Under the pieces are notes generated by a model. The model did no database searches. It was given only the letters and a program-made list of their open reading frames with translations, and was not told the origin of the DNA. A stretch of 33,033 nucleotides of DNA from Atractiella rhizophila (taxonomy: Eukaryota): NCBI GenBank assembly GCA_021432655.1, contig MU271241.1, forward strand, positions 93,988-127,020. Direction: 5' to 3'. Shown one piece after another: positions 1-12,425 of this stretch (position 1 is its first letter; every line of letters starts with the position of its first letter). A program made the translations under genes and the position numbers.

Positions 1-1101
1 CGCAGAGAAATCTGGAGCCAAAGTTGATTACCTCTCCTTCAAGAACAACGGCCAGGGTCTATCTCCTCCATCCGTATCCGCGGCGCTCTCATCTTTCTCA
101 CCAACGACAACGTCTCACGGTTTGTTCGTCCTCACGGGTCAATCGAACGTCACGGGTCTGAAAGCCCCGCTTTCCTTGCTCGCTGCAGCTTCTTCTGCGG
201 GATACAACACCTTCCTAGACGCTGCGGCGCTGCTTCCAACCTCACGCCTCTCGCTGCGCTCTGTGAAAGGTATCGACGCCCTCTCTCTTTCCGTCTACAA
301 ACTTTTCGGCTTTCCGACCGGTGTAGGAGCTCTGGTCATCCGTTGCTCCGTTCTCGAAGGCTTGAAGAAGCCTTGGTTTTCTGGTGGCAGCGTGTCCATG
401 GTCCAAGTCCCTGGAAACGTTGTTACTCTCGAAAAAGGTGCGGAGAGGTTCATGGATGGCACTACGGATTTTCTTTCCATGCTTCCCATTCCCAAAGGTC
501 TCGATATATTGGCGAGCGTTATGCCGGAGATGGGGAGAAGGCTTCCTACCTTGGTACTTTGGACGGTAGCGCAGATGCAAGAGTTGAAGCATGACAACGG
601 AGAAGAGCTCGTCGCTGTAAGGAGCCCGAAAATAGGAATCAAGCTCGAGGAGCTGAAGGAGAGGTATGGCGCATTGATCGCCTTCGAAATCCTCGACGAT
701 GAAGGCAATTTCGTTTCTTCCGATGTTGTGGAATTCGGAGCAGGAAAGCAAGGAATCTGCATCCGCGCCGGATGTATGTGCAATCCAGGTATGTTTTCCT
801 CATGCTTCTCACCACCTCCTTTGCATACTGATTTTCTTGTGTTTGTGCAGGAGGATCGGCAGTGTTGATGGGCACGGAATTCTTGATGGCTAACATCAAA
901 CCTGGCGATACCAAGAAGACTGCATTTGCCTCATGCGGCGAGAGAGCGGCTGGGCTCTGCCGAGCAAGTTTTGGAATGTCATCCAACTTTCAAGACGCTT
1001 GGACGCTCATTCAATACCTCAAGACATTGACAGTGAGCGGTAGGATCCAGAGGTTGAGGAACGAGTTCTGGGACAGAGATCGGGAGATCACCGCTTGTTA
1101 A
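1..1101 (+). CDS. Molybdenum cofactor sulfurase-like PLP-dependent class V aminotransferase/cysteine desulfurase domain protein, 5'-partial
   Basis: The frame is open from the window start. Motifs include GQSNVTG, FLDAAA, SVYKLFGFPTGVGAL (PLP-binding Lys), PWFSGG and IRAGCMCNPG (persulfide Cys region). Intron 789-850 (GTATGT...TGCAG) joins to GGSAVLMG...CRASFGMSSNFQD. Stop at 1099-1101. Confidence 0.85.
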
Positions 1102-1464
1102 TCATCTTCCCGTCATATTTGCAACCTTCTTGAATTTTTGTTTAGGCTACCCTTAGTCGGTTTTTCTTCATTTTTATCGTTGCGCCATCATGCTTAGCTT
1201 ACGAACACGAACACGAATCAGTTTCAACAAAGTCTGAAGCTCAATGAGTTTTCTTTTGAAAGAAGTGTAGTATTATTTTGCAATGGAGTATGCATGGTAC
1301 TTTTGAACATGATTAGTATCTACGCGAACGGCAAAAAAGAGCAATAAACAATGACATGAAAAACGAACAATTCCGAGTGGTGTAAATCGTTATAAGACGT
1401 CTGTAGCAATGTAGGTGATCAAGCGACGGTAGTTTGAAGCACAGAGAAATAACGACACGATAAA

Positions 1465-4400
1465 TTAATTCGACTCCTTCCAATCCAGCAACAGTCCCCT
1501 CTTCTCCATCCAGGCTAGGTACTCCTCCCAAACCCGACTACCTCTCCAGGTTTGAACATCCCCAAAGTCCCTCATGTAAAGCCAGAACTCGGTATTCTGC
1601 CTCAATTTGAGCGTCAACTGATTCCCAAGGACAAAAAGTGCCCTTTTTGCCCTCGTCAAGGACACATTCAATCGACGTTTATCCTCCAGAAATCCAACGT
1701 GTCCGCCTTTATTGCTCCGAACGGTCGACAGAACAATGACCTCCTTTTCCCTCCCTTGGAATCCATCGACCGTATTGACTTCGACATCAGCGAGAGACTG
1801 TATGCGATCGGATGGGACGTCCCCTTTAAAGAGGAGCTGGAGAGAGAATGGATCCCTCAATTTCTCCCAGATGAGAGTCGTCTGTGCAGCGTAAGGAGTG
1901 ATGATTCCCATATCCGAACCCTTCAGCTCCGGGTTCTTCATCAGCAAATCACCCAAGATGAGAGCGCTGATGTCCGCCTCGCGCTCATTAGAATAACTCC
2001 AGCCCTCTGCCGTTTCCGGGTATGCGTGGTTGATGAATACGGCGGATTGGCCGTTTTGGGAGGGAGGAGAAGGGAGGTAGGATGATTTGGGAGGATAGAC
2101 TTTGAGAAGGGAACGGTCGTCTCTGATTTGTGAAGAGTAGGAGGAGTGGTTTGGGAAGGCGGAGATGGAGGGTAGCATCCGATATTGGATGTCGAGGAGC
2201 GAAGTGGGTATATGAGCCGTCCTTTCTAGACGTTCAAACATTGACATGTTCAAGTTATCCTTTCGTGCATCCCGACTCTACACGCAACCACTTAGAAAGC
2301 TTGGAGAAAGAGATGAGGGTACGAACGACGGTAATGGCTGGCAGCTGCATATGATCTCCAATGAGAACCGCCTGCCTGCTCCCCTTCATGAGGGGGATGA
2401 GTGTCATAGGTTCCGTGCACATGGCCGCTTCGTCGATGAATACTAGAGGGAAGTCGACGGTGTGGAGTTCGAGGGCAGAAGTGCCCCAAGTGGTTGAACA
2501 GACGACGTCGATCTTGCTCAGGATCTCGCCGTGCATCGTCTGCGATAGATTGAAGATCTTCTTCGAGGTCTCGCGTAGGGACGTCTCGATCAATCCTGTC
2601 CCCCATCCATCAATTTATCATTCATCAATCCATGAAGAAAAGGGAGAAGAGGCTCACGTTCCGCCGCGCTCTTTCCTCCACTGACGACACCCTCAGCCTC
2701 CATCTCCAACCGCCTCCTCCTCACATTCTCCAACTCCCTCCCCTCCCTCTCCGCCTTCCTCTTCAGATTCTCAATCACTCCGAAAAGCCTATGTTCCGTC
2801 CTCTTCGTCTCCGCACTCCACGGCTGGGCTCCCTCTCCGATCTTATCGGGCCGTCCGACCCTCAAAGGGACCAAGCCTTCGTTGACGCAGGATTGGAGGA
2901 GATGGTCGACGGCGACGTGGGTGGGTGCGCAGACGAGGATGGGGAAGGGGACTTGGAAGTGGACCTTGAGGAGTTTGAGCGCGCGAACGATCGTCAACGT
3001 CTTTCCCGTCCCCCGGCCCTTGGATGAGAGACAATCTCCTGGATAGGGAGACGGCGATGGCTCGCGTTTGGGATTCGTTGAGACCTAGGTCCGGGTCTCC
3101 TTCCACCTTCAAGGGAGGACCGGGTCTCGAGTACCGCGTGATCCAGGAATGGAGCATTTGGTTTTCGCTCAGGAGAGAGGAGAAGGTGTTGTCCTCCTGG
3201 ACTTCTTCCACCACTTCTTCGCCCGTCGCTGACGGTGGAGGAGGGAGGAGGAGGTCTCGCAGCTCGGTTCCGCGGAGGGAGACTTGGTTCAGTCGGGTCT
3301 TTGTGAGCCATGGTGCGGATGCGAACTGGTTGGTCGTTTGGTGAGTGGAGACGTAATATTCGTTCAGTCGTCTCTGATTCGCGACGTCGAATTCGAGAGA
3401 GTCGAGAGCTTCCCGTTCTCTTTTGTATACCGTCACGTCGTACCCTCGTGATATCCTGCAAGACCTCCCTTCAACGATGCACGCCAGACCAAGTGAGAGA
3501 TAGGATAGAAGACGCACATGACACCCCTCCCTTCAATGTCGAACCGCCGCGCAAAAGCGACGGACACCTGCGTCCCATCTGGCGAACACTCCGTCACGCT
3601 CCCTAACCTCTTGTCTTGCACCATCTTTCCTCCAGAAGTTTGAGATGCTGGATACCGCTCTACAAAAACCCCGTCTCCGACCCTCCACCTCCTCCCTTTC
3701 TTCCTCAGCTTCTTCCCCTCCCTCCCTCTCCTCCTCACATCCTCATCCACCATTTCCTCCTCATCCACCAACTCCTCACACCTCAAATCCAACACCTCCC
3801 TCCCCCTATCCCTCTCCACCCTCCACCTGGCAACGAACCTCATCCTCTCACCCTCCCTCGCGCTCGTCCTATTCCTCACCGCCTCCTCCTCCGCCTTCTC
3901 CGTGAGGTCAATCAATCGATCGTACTTGTTCCTAAACGCGACAATCGACTCGTAATACCTCTCCCCGACACACACTCGTTCATTCGCAGGCTGTACCTTC
4001 CGACTCCACCCCTTCCCAACATCCAACCCTTCTTTCCCCTTCCCAGTCACACCTGCACCCTCGACACTTTCCACTCGACTTCCAATCCCTAAATGCCGTC
4101 CGCGTGCACTACCCCATTCACTCTGAGACGTCGAACGCAACCTCCAATCGTGCGCACAGACGAGCGGCTGTCCCCTTTCGTCGTAAGGAGGTGGGAGGTG
4201 AGGTAGGTTGGACTGTGAGAGTTCCTTTGCAACAGAGACGGTCTCGAGGTCGTCAAAAGCTTCCGAGGACGCTTGGTCGAAGGAGAAGAAGACATCGTGC
4301 TCCCTCTCCCGCTCTCGCTTCTTCGAGCCTTCCACTCCTGACCTCCTCTCGTGCTCTTGCCTCCCTATGACATGACCCTTCACAGTGGGGACAGTAGGTG

Positions 4401-4542
4401 CCTTTGACGAGGACTGGGAGAGCGGCGCCGGTGCGGGAAAGAAGTCGAAGGGAGGGATGGGCGTGCTCGATGCGGAGGGATACACGCCCTCGTACGCTGC
4501 CTTGGCGTATCGCAGAGGGCTCTGAGTCGACAGCCGTCGCAT
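1465..4542 (-). CDS. Superfamily 1 Upf1/DNA2-NAM7-like helicase, with a frameshift in Walker A as assembled
   Basis: Motifs include LNESQ (Q motif), LIQGP/GTGKT, VCAPTHVAVD, FIDEAAM, IGDHMQLPA, SMFERL, LDIQYRM, GIITPY, TVDGFQGREKE and RRLNVSLTRAK. Introns at 3456-3517, 2596-2657 and 2278-2326 restore the frame. A frame break at ~3010-3018 has no splice explanation. Likely ATG at 4542 (MRRLSTQSPLRYAK). Confidence 0.85.
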
Positions 4543-4640
4543 TGCCCGCCAAAATACCAATAAAATAATGGTTGTCGTTGTCTATAACAATCCGCATTTC
4601 TCAATTTCTTTCTCACTCAAAAATTATTTTATTCACGACC

Positions 4641-6236
4641 ATGTTAATACGCCTCTTTCCACCGTCAGCAGCAAAGTCTGCCTCGTCTGCCAAGTTCTCA
4701 GCTAGCTCAACGAGTGCAGTCAATAGTACGAGGGCAGTATGGGTGGGGTCGCGGGAAGGGAGGCGTATGCATACCAGTTCACCACGTCGTGAGCCCTCTT
4801 CCTCCTTCAGCAAAACCACAAAAGGGGCTCCCCTCCGCCGCGCTCCCACCGCACACCAATCGCTCCAAGAGAACGTAGCGAACGAGACATCCGACGACGG
4901 ATTCACAGAGTCCAGCCCGCTGCCCATCACCTCCGCGCTCTGGAAGTCCTTCGACACCTCCTTCTCCCAACACGTCAAGGCGAAGCGTCCCATCCCCGAC
5001 CTCTTCGACCCCAAGAAGGCCATCTCCACCAAACTCGACCCCACCTCTCCCCAAGACGCCCTCCACCGCGGCTCCCCTCTCCACTCCAACACCTACATCA
5101 ACGCGCCCATGCGCGCCCCGCTCATCCTCAAACCAGGAGAAGACGTCCCAAAGTGGAGACAGGACATGACATCCTCGTCGCTCCTCAACCCTCTCCTCGG
5201 ATTGACGGACCTTTCCCGTCCCGATCCCCTCCTCGACCTCCCCCCGGAATTCATCTACACTTCCCTCCCTGGCCAGAGGGCGGCGTTGGAGAAACAAACG
5301 GGCTTCTCCCCGAGTCCGGACAGTGTGGTGGAGGATTGGGACGCGTATGATCCGGTCTGGAGGACGTATTTGCCCAAGCATGAGAGGGAGGAAGTGCACG
5401 CTTCTGAGGGAGAAGAGGAGCTCGAGAACCCGCTCGGAGAGTTGCCGGAGCGGATGGGGATGACAGAAGACTACCTCAAGTCCTTGCACCAATATGTGTT
5501 GGAGGGAAAACCGGTGAAGAATATGACGGGGAAGGGAAAACAGATGTCCATGTACTTTGTTACCGTCGTGGGTGATGGGAATGGAAGGGTCGGATATGGA
5601 GAGGGGAAGGATGAGGAACCGGGACGGGCGAGGGAGAAGGCGTTCAAGTCGGCGGTCAAGAATATGGATTGGGTGGAGAGATGTGAGGGACGGACGGTAT
5701 GGGGAGAGAGGGAAGAAAAGCTAGGAAGTACGCGCGTCATCTTGAGGGAGAGACCTCCAGGTCAGTCGTCTCATTTATCCAACCAACAAGTTATGTACAA
5801 CCGAAATCTTATCATGGTCTGGCTGTGGCAACAGGCTTCGGATTACGATGTAATAGGACCCTCCACGAAATCATGGTCGCAGCAGGGATCAAGGACGTGT
5901 CAGCCAAAGTTTGGGGGAACAGGAACAGGATGAAGATGGTCAAATGTACCGTCTCCATGTTATGGGCCGCTCAAATCCCCCAAGGTTCGTCCCATCCATC
6001 CCATCCATCCATCCTCGCCGTCATTTCTCTTCGAATGCTAATATCGTGGTGTGGTGTGGATCACAGGAATGCCGAGACCTCTGGTCGAGTCCAACAATCG
6101 GTTGCTGAAGATCGAAGGCATGAGGTCCGCTGGGGACGTGGCCAAGATCAGAGGGAGGAAGGCGATCGACGTCACAAGGACTTGGGAGGTCGGGAAGGGC
6201 AAGAGGGAGAGGAGGGTGGATACCGCTTCTTTATAA
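4641..6236 (+). CDS. MRPS5: Mitochondrial small ribosomal subunit protein uS5m
   Basis: The N-terminus resembles a mitochondrial presequence. The S5 domain reads MTGKGKQMSMYFVTVVGDGNGRVGYGEGK...AFKSAVKNM...RPPGFGLRCN...AAGIKDVSAKVWGNRN. Introns at 5761-5834 and 5985-6066. C-terminus GMRSAGDVAKIRGRK. Confidence 0.9.
5991..6014 (+). repeat. Imperfect (CCAT)n microsatellite inside MRPS5 intron 2
   Basis: cccatccatcccatccatccatcc read directly from the sequence. Confidence 0.7.
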
Positions 6237-6571
6237 TCGATCTACAATCCTCGACGGAATAAACACTAATTTATCCCCTTTCCAAGTAACCATGCTCGTT
6301 GAATTCACATAAATGTGCTAGGGATATGAGAGTATAAGAAATATCGATGGATTACTGGTGCTTTGACTGAATATTATACACTTGTTGAGCTTTTGACACT
6401 GAGTTTGAAAACACTGACATGGTATATGTCGTATCATATCGATCGAATCTAACAAATAAGCAAGACGAAGGAGAAAGCAAACTATCGTCTTCTCTGAGTT
6501 CTATCGTCGTGATACCTCCCAAGCACGCGACTTGGGACTATTCGATGGAAAATAAAATATAAAGAAGCGCG

Positions 6572-6594
6572 AAAAAAAAAAAAAAAAAAAAAAA
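6572..6594. repeat. 23-nt poly(A) homopolymer
   Basis: A23 tract between the convergent MRPS5 and histidine kinase genes. Confidence 0.95.
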
Positions 6595-6717
6595 GTTAGA
6601 TAAACTGATGAACAGAACAACGACATTAAGAGGTAAAACTTGTGTGCGAACAAACCATATATGAATCTAAACAGAGCGCTCGACCGTAATCAACCCTAGG
6701 GAGGAAGCAGGTGGAGA

Positions 6718-9700
6718 TCACGGTGGGGCAGGAGGTTTTGCTATGGCTGGCGGTAACGGGAGAGCGGGAGGAGTGGGTAGCGGTGGAGGGGTCGGCGTCG
6801 ATGATGCAGTGACCATAGCTCGTACCTTTCGTTCTCGAGCAATGGCGAGCATGCCTCTGAGCAGCGCAGGATTAACAGGTCTAAACAAAACAGAATCAGG
6901 GCTCATATTCAGCTGGAAGGAGATATAGACATACTTTGTCAAGACGCGATCACAACCAGCTAGATATCCGAGAATGAGCACAATACTACCGAGAGAATAG
7001 GAACGCACCAGCCATGTAAGCATCTTGCTCCTCCTTCAGCCCATTCGCCGTCACTCCGACAACAAGATCGTGTCTCCCCCTCTGTCTCAGCTCCGACACG
7101 ACCGCCGCTCCGGTTTTGATAGGCATGTGGAAGTCAAGGAAGACGACGTCAAAGGTCCTCGGCTGTCCAGCAGGAACGCTCGATCCGTCATCTTCGAAGA
7201 TGGGAGATGTCGTAGGACTCGAACACTTTGTCACTGGCGGTCCAAGATACCCAGGCGCGGATTCTCCCAGCAGACGATCAAGAGCTATTTGCCCATTCTC
7301 CGCCTCTTCCACTCTGACATGGGACTTGTGGAGCACTCGACACATCAGCTTCCGGGTGATGTTGTCATCGTCCACAACGAAAGCATCGAGGGGAATATCG
7401 TTATCTTCCAAAAGCAGTCGACGTTGTTTCTTTGGAGAGCCTGAGCTATTCAGCAATTGACTAGGCGTCTGAAGGTGAGCAAGCGTCGGTGTATTTTGCG
7501 GTGATGATGACGGAGACGGAGATGAACGAGGCGGAGAGGCAGCTTTGACTGAAGGGACGGGAGAAACCTCTGCGATCTTCTGCATCTTCTCCGGTCTCCG
7601 ATCGTCCAACATCTCAGACAATCCCAGCTGTTTATCGACCTGGGTAGATGTAGACGACATAGTGGAGGAGGTATCTCTCGGGATTGTAAACACGAGAGGA
7701 GAAAGGGACCGGTCCATCGAAATCGTGGACTTGGAATAGTGCAGATTTCCGAAATTGTGAAGGAAATTGTTGCCATCGATGAATTCCCCAGCAGCCGTAT
7801 CGAATTCGCCCACGCCAAGAACAAGCTCGACCCAGAACGTCGACCCTTCTCCAAACTTGGACATTACGCCTAATCGACCGTTCGACACCTTCACCAGTTG
7901 ACGGACGAGTGATAACCCGAGACCGGTGCCTTTTCCTCCTTGTTCCAACCCTGCAACGGAACGAATAAATGAGCACTACAATAGCAAGTTAAAAGGGGGG
8001 AACTCCACCTTTTTCAGTTTGGGTAAACGGTGAGAAGAGATGATTGATGGTCAAATCGCTCTTTTTGATCCCACACCCAGTATCCGACACCTCGATCCTA
8101 ACCACCATCTTCTTCTTCCCCCCACTTCCCTCCGTTCCATTCACCATCCCCTGTTTCCGTATAGGGTGCAACAGCTTCGTGGTAAAAGTAATGGTCCCCC
8201 GACGTTGCGTGAACTTGATCGCATTCGAAAAGAGATTCGAAACGATCTGTCTGATCCGTTGCTCGTCCCCTATCACAATCGGTTTCAGTGCTCCAGTCTT
8301 TGGAAGGATTGAATCTTCTTCGCTTTCGGAGTACTCCTTCAGCGCCGATTTGACTGATGCGATGGCAAAATCATCTGTCCAACACATTTGTTAACCTAAT
8401 GAAGAAAATTCACGAGTGAGCGTACCAATCTCGGGATCCAAATTGACCTTGAACGTTTGATCTTTTGCTTTCGTTGCCCTCTGCTCCGCGCTAATGATGG
8501 AGGTCATGAGATGTCTCCAATCGAACGGTTTCTTGACCAAGACGAATTTCCCAGCATCCATTTTGTTCTAGATGAAATTTCAACACCACACTTGGGGTAG
8601 ACAGAGAACAAGAATACCAGATCCAAAACATCGTCCAAAATCGTCCTCATAGTCTCCAACGAAGACACCAACGTTCTAAGATCGTCTTGAAAAAGCGCTG
8701 GGTCCTTCCAGCTCTCCTGTAGCTCCGAAGCCGTAAGGGACGCAGCATTGAGCGGTACGCGGACCCTATCCAATCATCTCAGTGTGAGTTCACTTTGAGA
8801 ATTGGAAGGAAAGACGAACTCGTGAAAGATGTAGGAGACATAACGCCTCTTGCTATCATTCGCCTTCCCCTCCGCAACCTGCGACCTCTGAACGGCCTTC
8901 ATCTGCACCTTTAAGTGTTCCCTAACACTAAAGATCTCGCGTTCCGCCTACATCCATTCGCACACCCTCAATCCTCTTCCCCAGACGCATAAATGAATGG
9001 AACGCACCGTCTCGTGTAGAAAGTGTGCAAAGACGAGGAAGATGAAATAAACCACCTCGGAAATCATCAGTCGCACCCATCCCGTGCGCTCTGGAATGAC
9101 AAGGCTGGATGCTAGGGCTGTCCATATCGTACCACCGATTAAAACAGACAGACGGGATTGGTTGAGCGTGAAGAGCGCGAAAGCGGGAAAAGCCCTGTTG
9201 ACATTGAACATTTAGTGGATGAGCGTTTAAAAAGGTAGAAGGAGAGGAAACGGACGTCGCAAAGTAGAAGGTCCCAAGGAAGTCCTGTAACACACTACTT
9301 AGGATGTCTCACAAAAGAAAACAAAGAACGAACCTTCTGTCCACAACTGTAGAGAGACGGCTCATAAAAATGGCACAAACGAATATCGATAACATTAACG
9401 CAAGCAAAGAACCAAGTTGCGGCGCCAGCATAGAGCTGCCAAACAGGATGATGTTTCACTGGGACATCGAAGAAGACGAGAAATGGCAGAGGCACCGTGA
9501 GGGCGGGCATAAGACCAAAATAACAGACTTTGTTGTAGGTCGACCAAGGTTTGTATCCGAGTGAGATGATGAGCACCCACGATAGGATGTAGAAGAGGGA
9601 GGTCATGAAACAGAGCATCTTCGTGCTGATCCAGTGTTCTTTTTGAAAATGTTTCTCGGCGGATGGATCGTGGAACTTGAGGTCAAAGAAATGCCGAACA

Positions 9701-10650
9701 ACACGGTAGATCATGGTCGTCAACCTACGTTCGCACATTTGCCGTGAGCTCAAACATAGATAGGAGAGGAGAAGGGAGACGAACGTCTTGGCAGCACTTG
9801 TGTCCCAAGTGCTTTTCAAATTCCTGAAATATGTACTCGAATCTCCTCCAGTAGTTGCAACGTTCGAAGTGCTACCGAATATGCGACCGTTATTCTTGAG
9901 ATGCAATCCGTCTGCGTTTCCAGTTTGAGATCCATCAGCCGAGGATTGGGAGGAAGATCCGGCTGTCCCGTCTGCCCCTTCACCGTACAGGACGTTGTCC
10001 ACCACGATTTGCTCCACAGGCCCATCCTCTTCCTCCTCCGTCATTTCGCCGCCTTCTTCTCCTCCTGCTCCAGAGCGACCAGACGGATTCTTGCGCGAGG
10101 AAAAGAGGGGAGAAGGGAAAGCGATGGAGTCTCGAGAGGCGTCGTTTGTTGATTCCTTCGCATCCAACGCTCGGATGAACCACCGTTCCAAATAAACACA
10201 GAAGAAGAAATGACGTACGGAAGAGGGAGGACCAATCACTGGGTTCGTTAGATTCCGTTTTAACTGGTCCCAGTACACTTTCACCGTGCTTTGAAATCTG
10301 AGCTTCTTGTTCTTCTTCCTACTCCCTCCACTGCTCATGGTAAGATTGGGCAGAGGAATGTCCTCTTCTCCAGCAGGACCAAATCTCCTCTCCCTTTCCC
10401 TTTCCTTTTCCTTGAAAGTTCTCCTCTGCTCCCTTGGCTCCTTTTCTAGCGTAGCAAGGGGCAAATCGGCTACCCCGATCTCTTCGTCCTTGCTGCTCTT
10501 CCTGAAGGAATAGAGCTTCTTTTCGCTCCAACCTGTGCTGCTGGTGCCGAACAGGGGTCTGGAATTCGAGTTGGAAGTTGAAGAGACGCTGTCGTCGCTG
10601 ATGGGCAGAGATTTGGATGGCGGAGGAGTAAGTGGTCGTGGTAAAGGCAT
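6718..10650 (-). CDS. Hybrid sensor histidine kinase/response regulator with a multi-pass membrane sensor region
   Basis: The spliced H-box is KRRYVSYIFHEVRVPLNA, with an intron in the Glu codon. N-box GDEQRIRQIVSNLFSNAIKFT, G1 VSDTGCGI, F-box LFSPFTQ, G2 GTGLGLS. The receiver domain has VVDDD...VFLDFHMP...VTAN...LTKPV. About 6-7 hydrophobic segments lie in 8990-9620. Multiple introns. First ATG taken at 10650. Confidence 0.9.
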
Positions 10651-11309
10651 GTTTGCGAGGGATAAATGAGTCGAAGTAAAGCTATTCGGCAACGACGTCA
10701 CACTGGATGAAAGATCACGGGGATCAATCGTCGATCCCTCGCCCGTTCTCTAGCCCGTCGCCACGCACCCAGTGAGCTGATGAGAGGAGAGTCAGTGGCC
10801 CTGTTATAGGCTTAGAGAGAGAGATGGAGGTCCCAGGGACTCCTCGTGAATGGTGGAAGTCGAGCAGAAATTTCAGGATTCCTGCCATGTGCGATCGGCC
10901 GAGTGACGGAAGCACGGAACCGCCTCTGAACAAGCTTCCAAAAGGAAATTCATCGGCTTCTGTCGTGTCTTTTTGGATCACCCAGATCAAAGTCTTATGT
11001 TCTATGCACATCTCTCTGACAACTTGTCGTTGTAGTCAGGAATACCTTGAATATGGGAATGTGATTGAGGTGGATCGAGCAATGTAGTCGAAGTGGTGAG
11101 AGGGACGACAATTGGTGATTACAGTAAGGAGTAAGCTGTTCAGATATATATGTCTGAGAATTGCTTATGACAGATTGAAATTCTTTTTCGAGAGTAGGGG
11201 CATTTCAACATCTGTTTCTTTAAGACATGTGCCTCGAATGTTGAAACCAATACCTGCAGAAAAGTACAGGTTGACATTCTGGTCCCGATCATAGTTACTG
11301 GTCATACAT

Positions 11310-12331
11310 TTAAAGAGGCTTCCTCCCCGTCGAAACCACGGCCACATATTCCATAACAACAGGGACATCTTTACCGTATTTTTCCTCCAATACCTGTCTA
11401 AGAGTCTCCCTATATGGCTCTGTCAACTCCTTCTTCTGTTCCTCCGACCAACCGAGCGTAAGGATATTGAGCACCAATTCCGAATAAGCGTGATCCTGCG
11501 CTCTGTCGACGGCCATCGTGCACGGGAACAGTTCTACCTTGACGTCCTCGAGAGAGAGCGGAGGGGACTTGAGCAGGTTTGAAATGTATTCGGCAGAGTG
11601 CCAGTCTCCCGTCTTTTTCCACATTTCTGTGGGATGCGGTTGTGGTGGGCAGCCTGGAACTCGCTCTGCTGTTTCTTTCGCTGAAGGATACCTGACACAG
11701 CAGTGGTCAATCCTTAGAATTAATGGAGTGATTATTCACGCACCAGCCTAACGTGTTCCAGGTGGTGAAGCCGATTGTTCCTCCAGGCTTGGTCACCCGT
11801 ATCGCCTCTAGAAAGCGGCAGCATCAGTCCTGGTTCAGGTCAGTGCTGGTGTGTTCGTACCTTGTATCCCTTTCACAGGGTCTGGTAGCATCATGAAGCA
11901 AAAGTTGGTGATCGTGTGGGAGAAGGTATCAGAAGGAAGCTTGAGATCCTACATTCCGACTCCTTTAGGAGATGAGACGAAAGGCATTAGGGTGGGAGAC
12001 ACACCATCGCATTCGCAACGCTCGCTTGGACATTGTTCCAGCCCTCCTCCTTCGTTCGCTCTTTCACGATTTCAACCATGGCGTCACTAAAATCTGTGGC
12101 CGTAACCTCGACATCTTTGAATGCTTCTTGCTCCTTGATCAAAGATGTGATGACTCCAGTTCCACAGGCATTGTCCAAGATCTTCAGATCAGCTGCAGAA
12201 GACAGTGGAGGATTTGAGAGAACTCCGCTTTGCTCTAACAGTCGAGTTCCAGGGGATCTCATCCCTTTGTCCAGCTTGCGGTACTGTTGTACGAATGATG
12301 CCTGCTTGAATTGTCCTTCCAACGACTTCAT
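11310..12331 (-). CDS. Class I SAM-dependent methyltransferase (UbiE/Methyltransf_11/25-like)
   Basis: Motif I ILDNACGTG and motif II VTATDFSDAMV. After an intron it continues DLKLPSDTFSHTITNF, then later PGGTIGFTTW. Several short introns. Stop at 11310-11312. Confidence 0.85.
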
Positions 12332-12425
12332 GATTGGATCCTAGCTGAAAACAAAGATACTACGGTTGTTTATGACGCAGTCTTCAACACAGGTTAACTG
12401 CTCGGAAGGGGGACACTTCTCGCTG

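Noticed and set aside
1201..1217. Short tandem repeats: acgaac x~3 here and caccgtacac x2 near 20817-20836
   Set aside because: These are ordinary slippage repeats in 3' regions and are too short for an array or CRISPR-like structure.
3616..4370. Pro/Leu/His/Ser-rich ORFs on the + strand
   Set aside because: These are antisense shadows of the purine-rich helicase exon.
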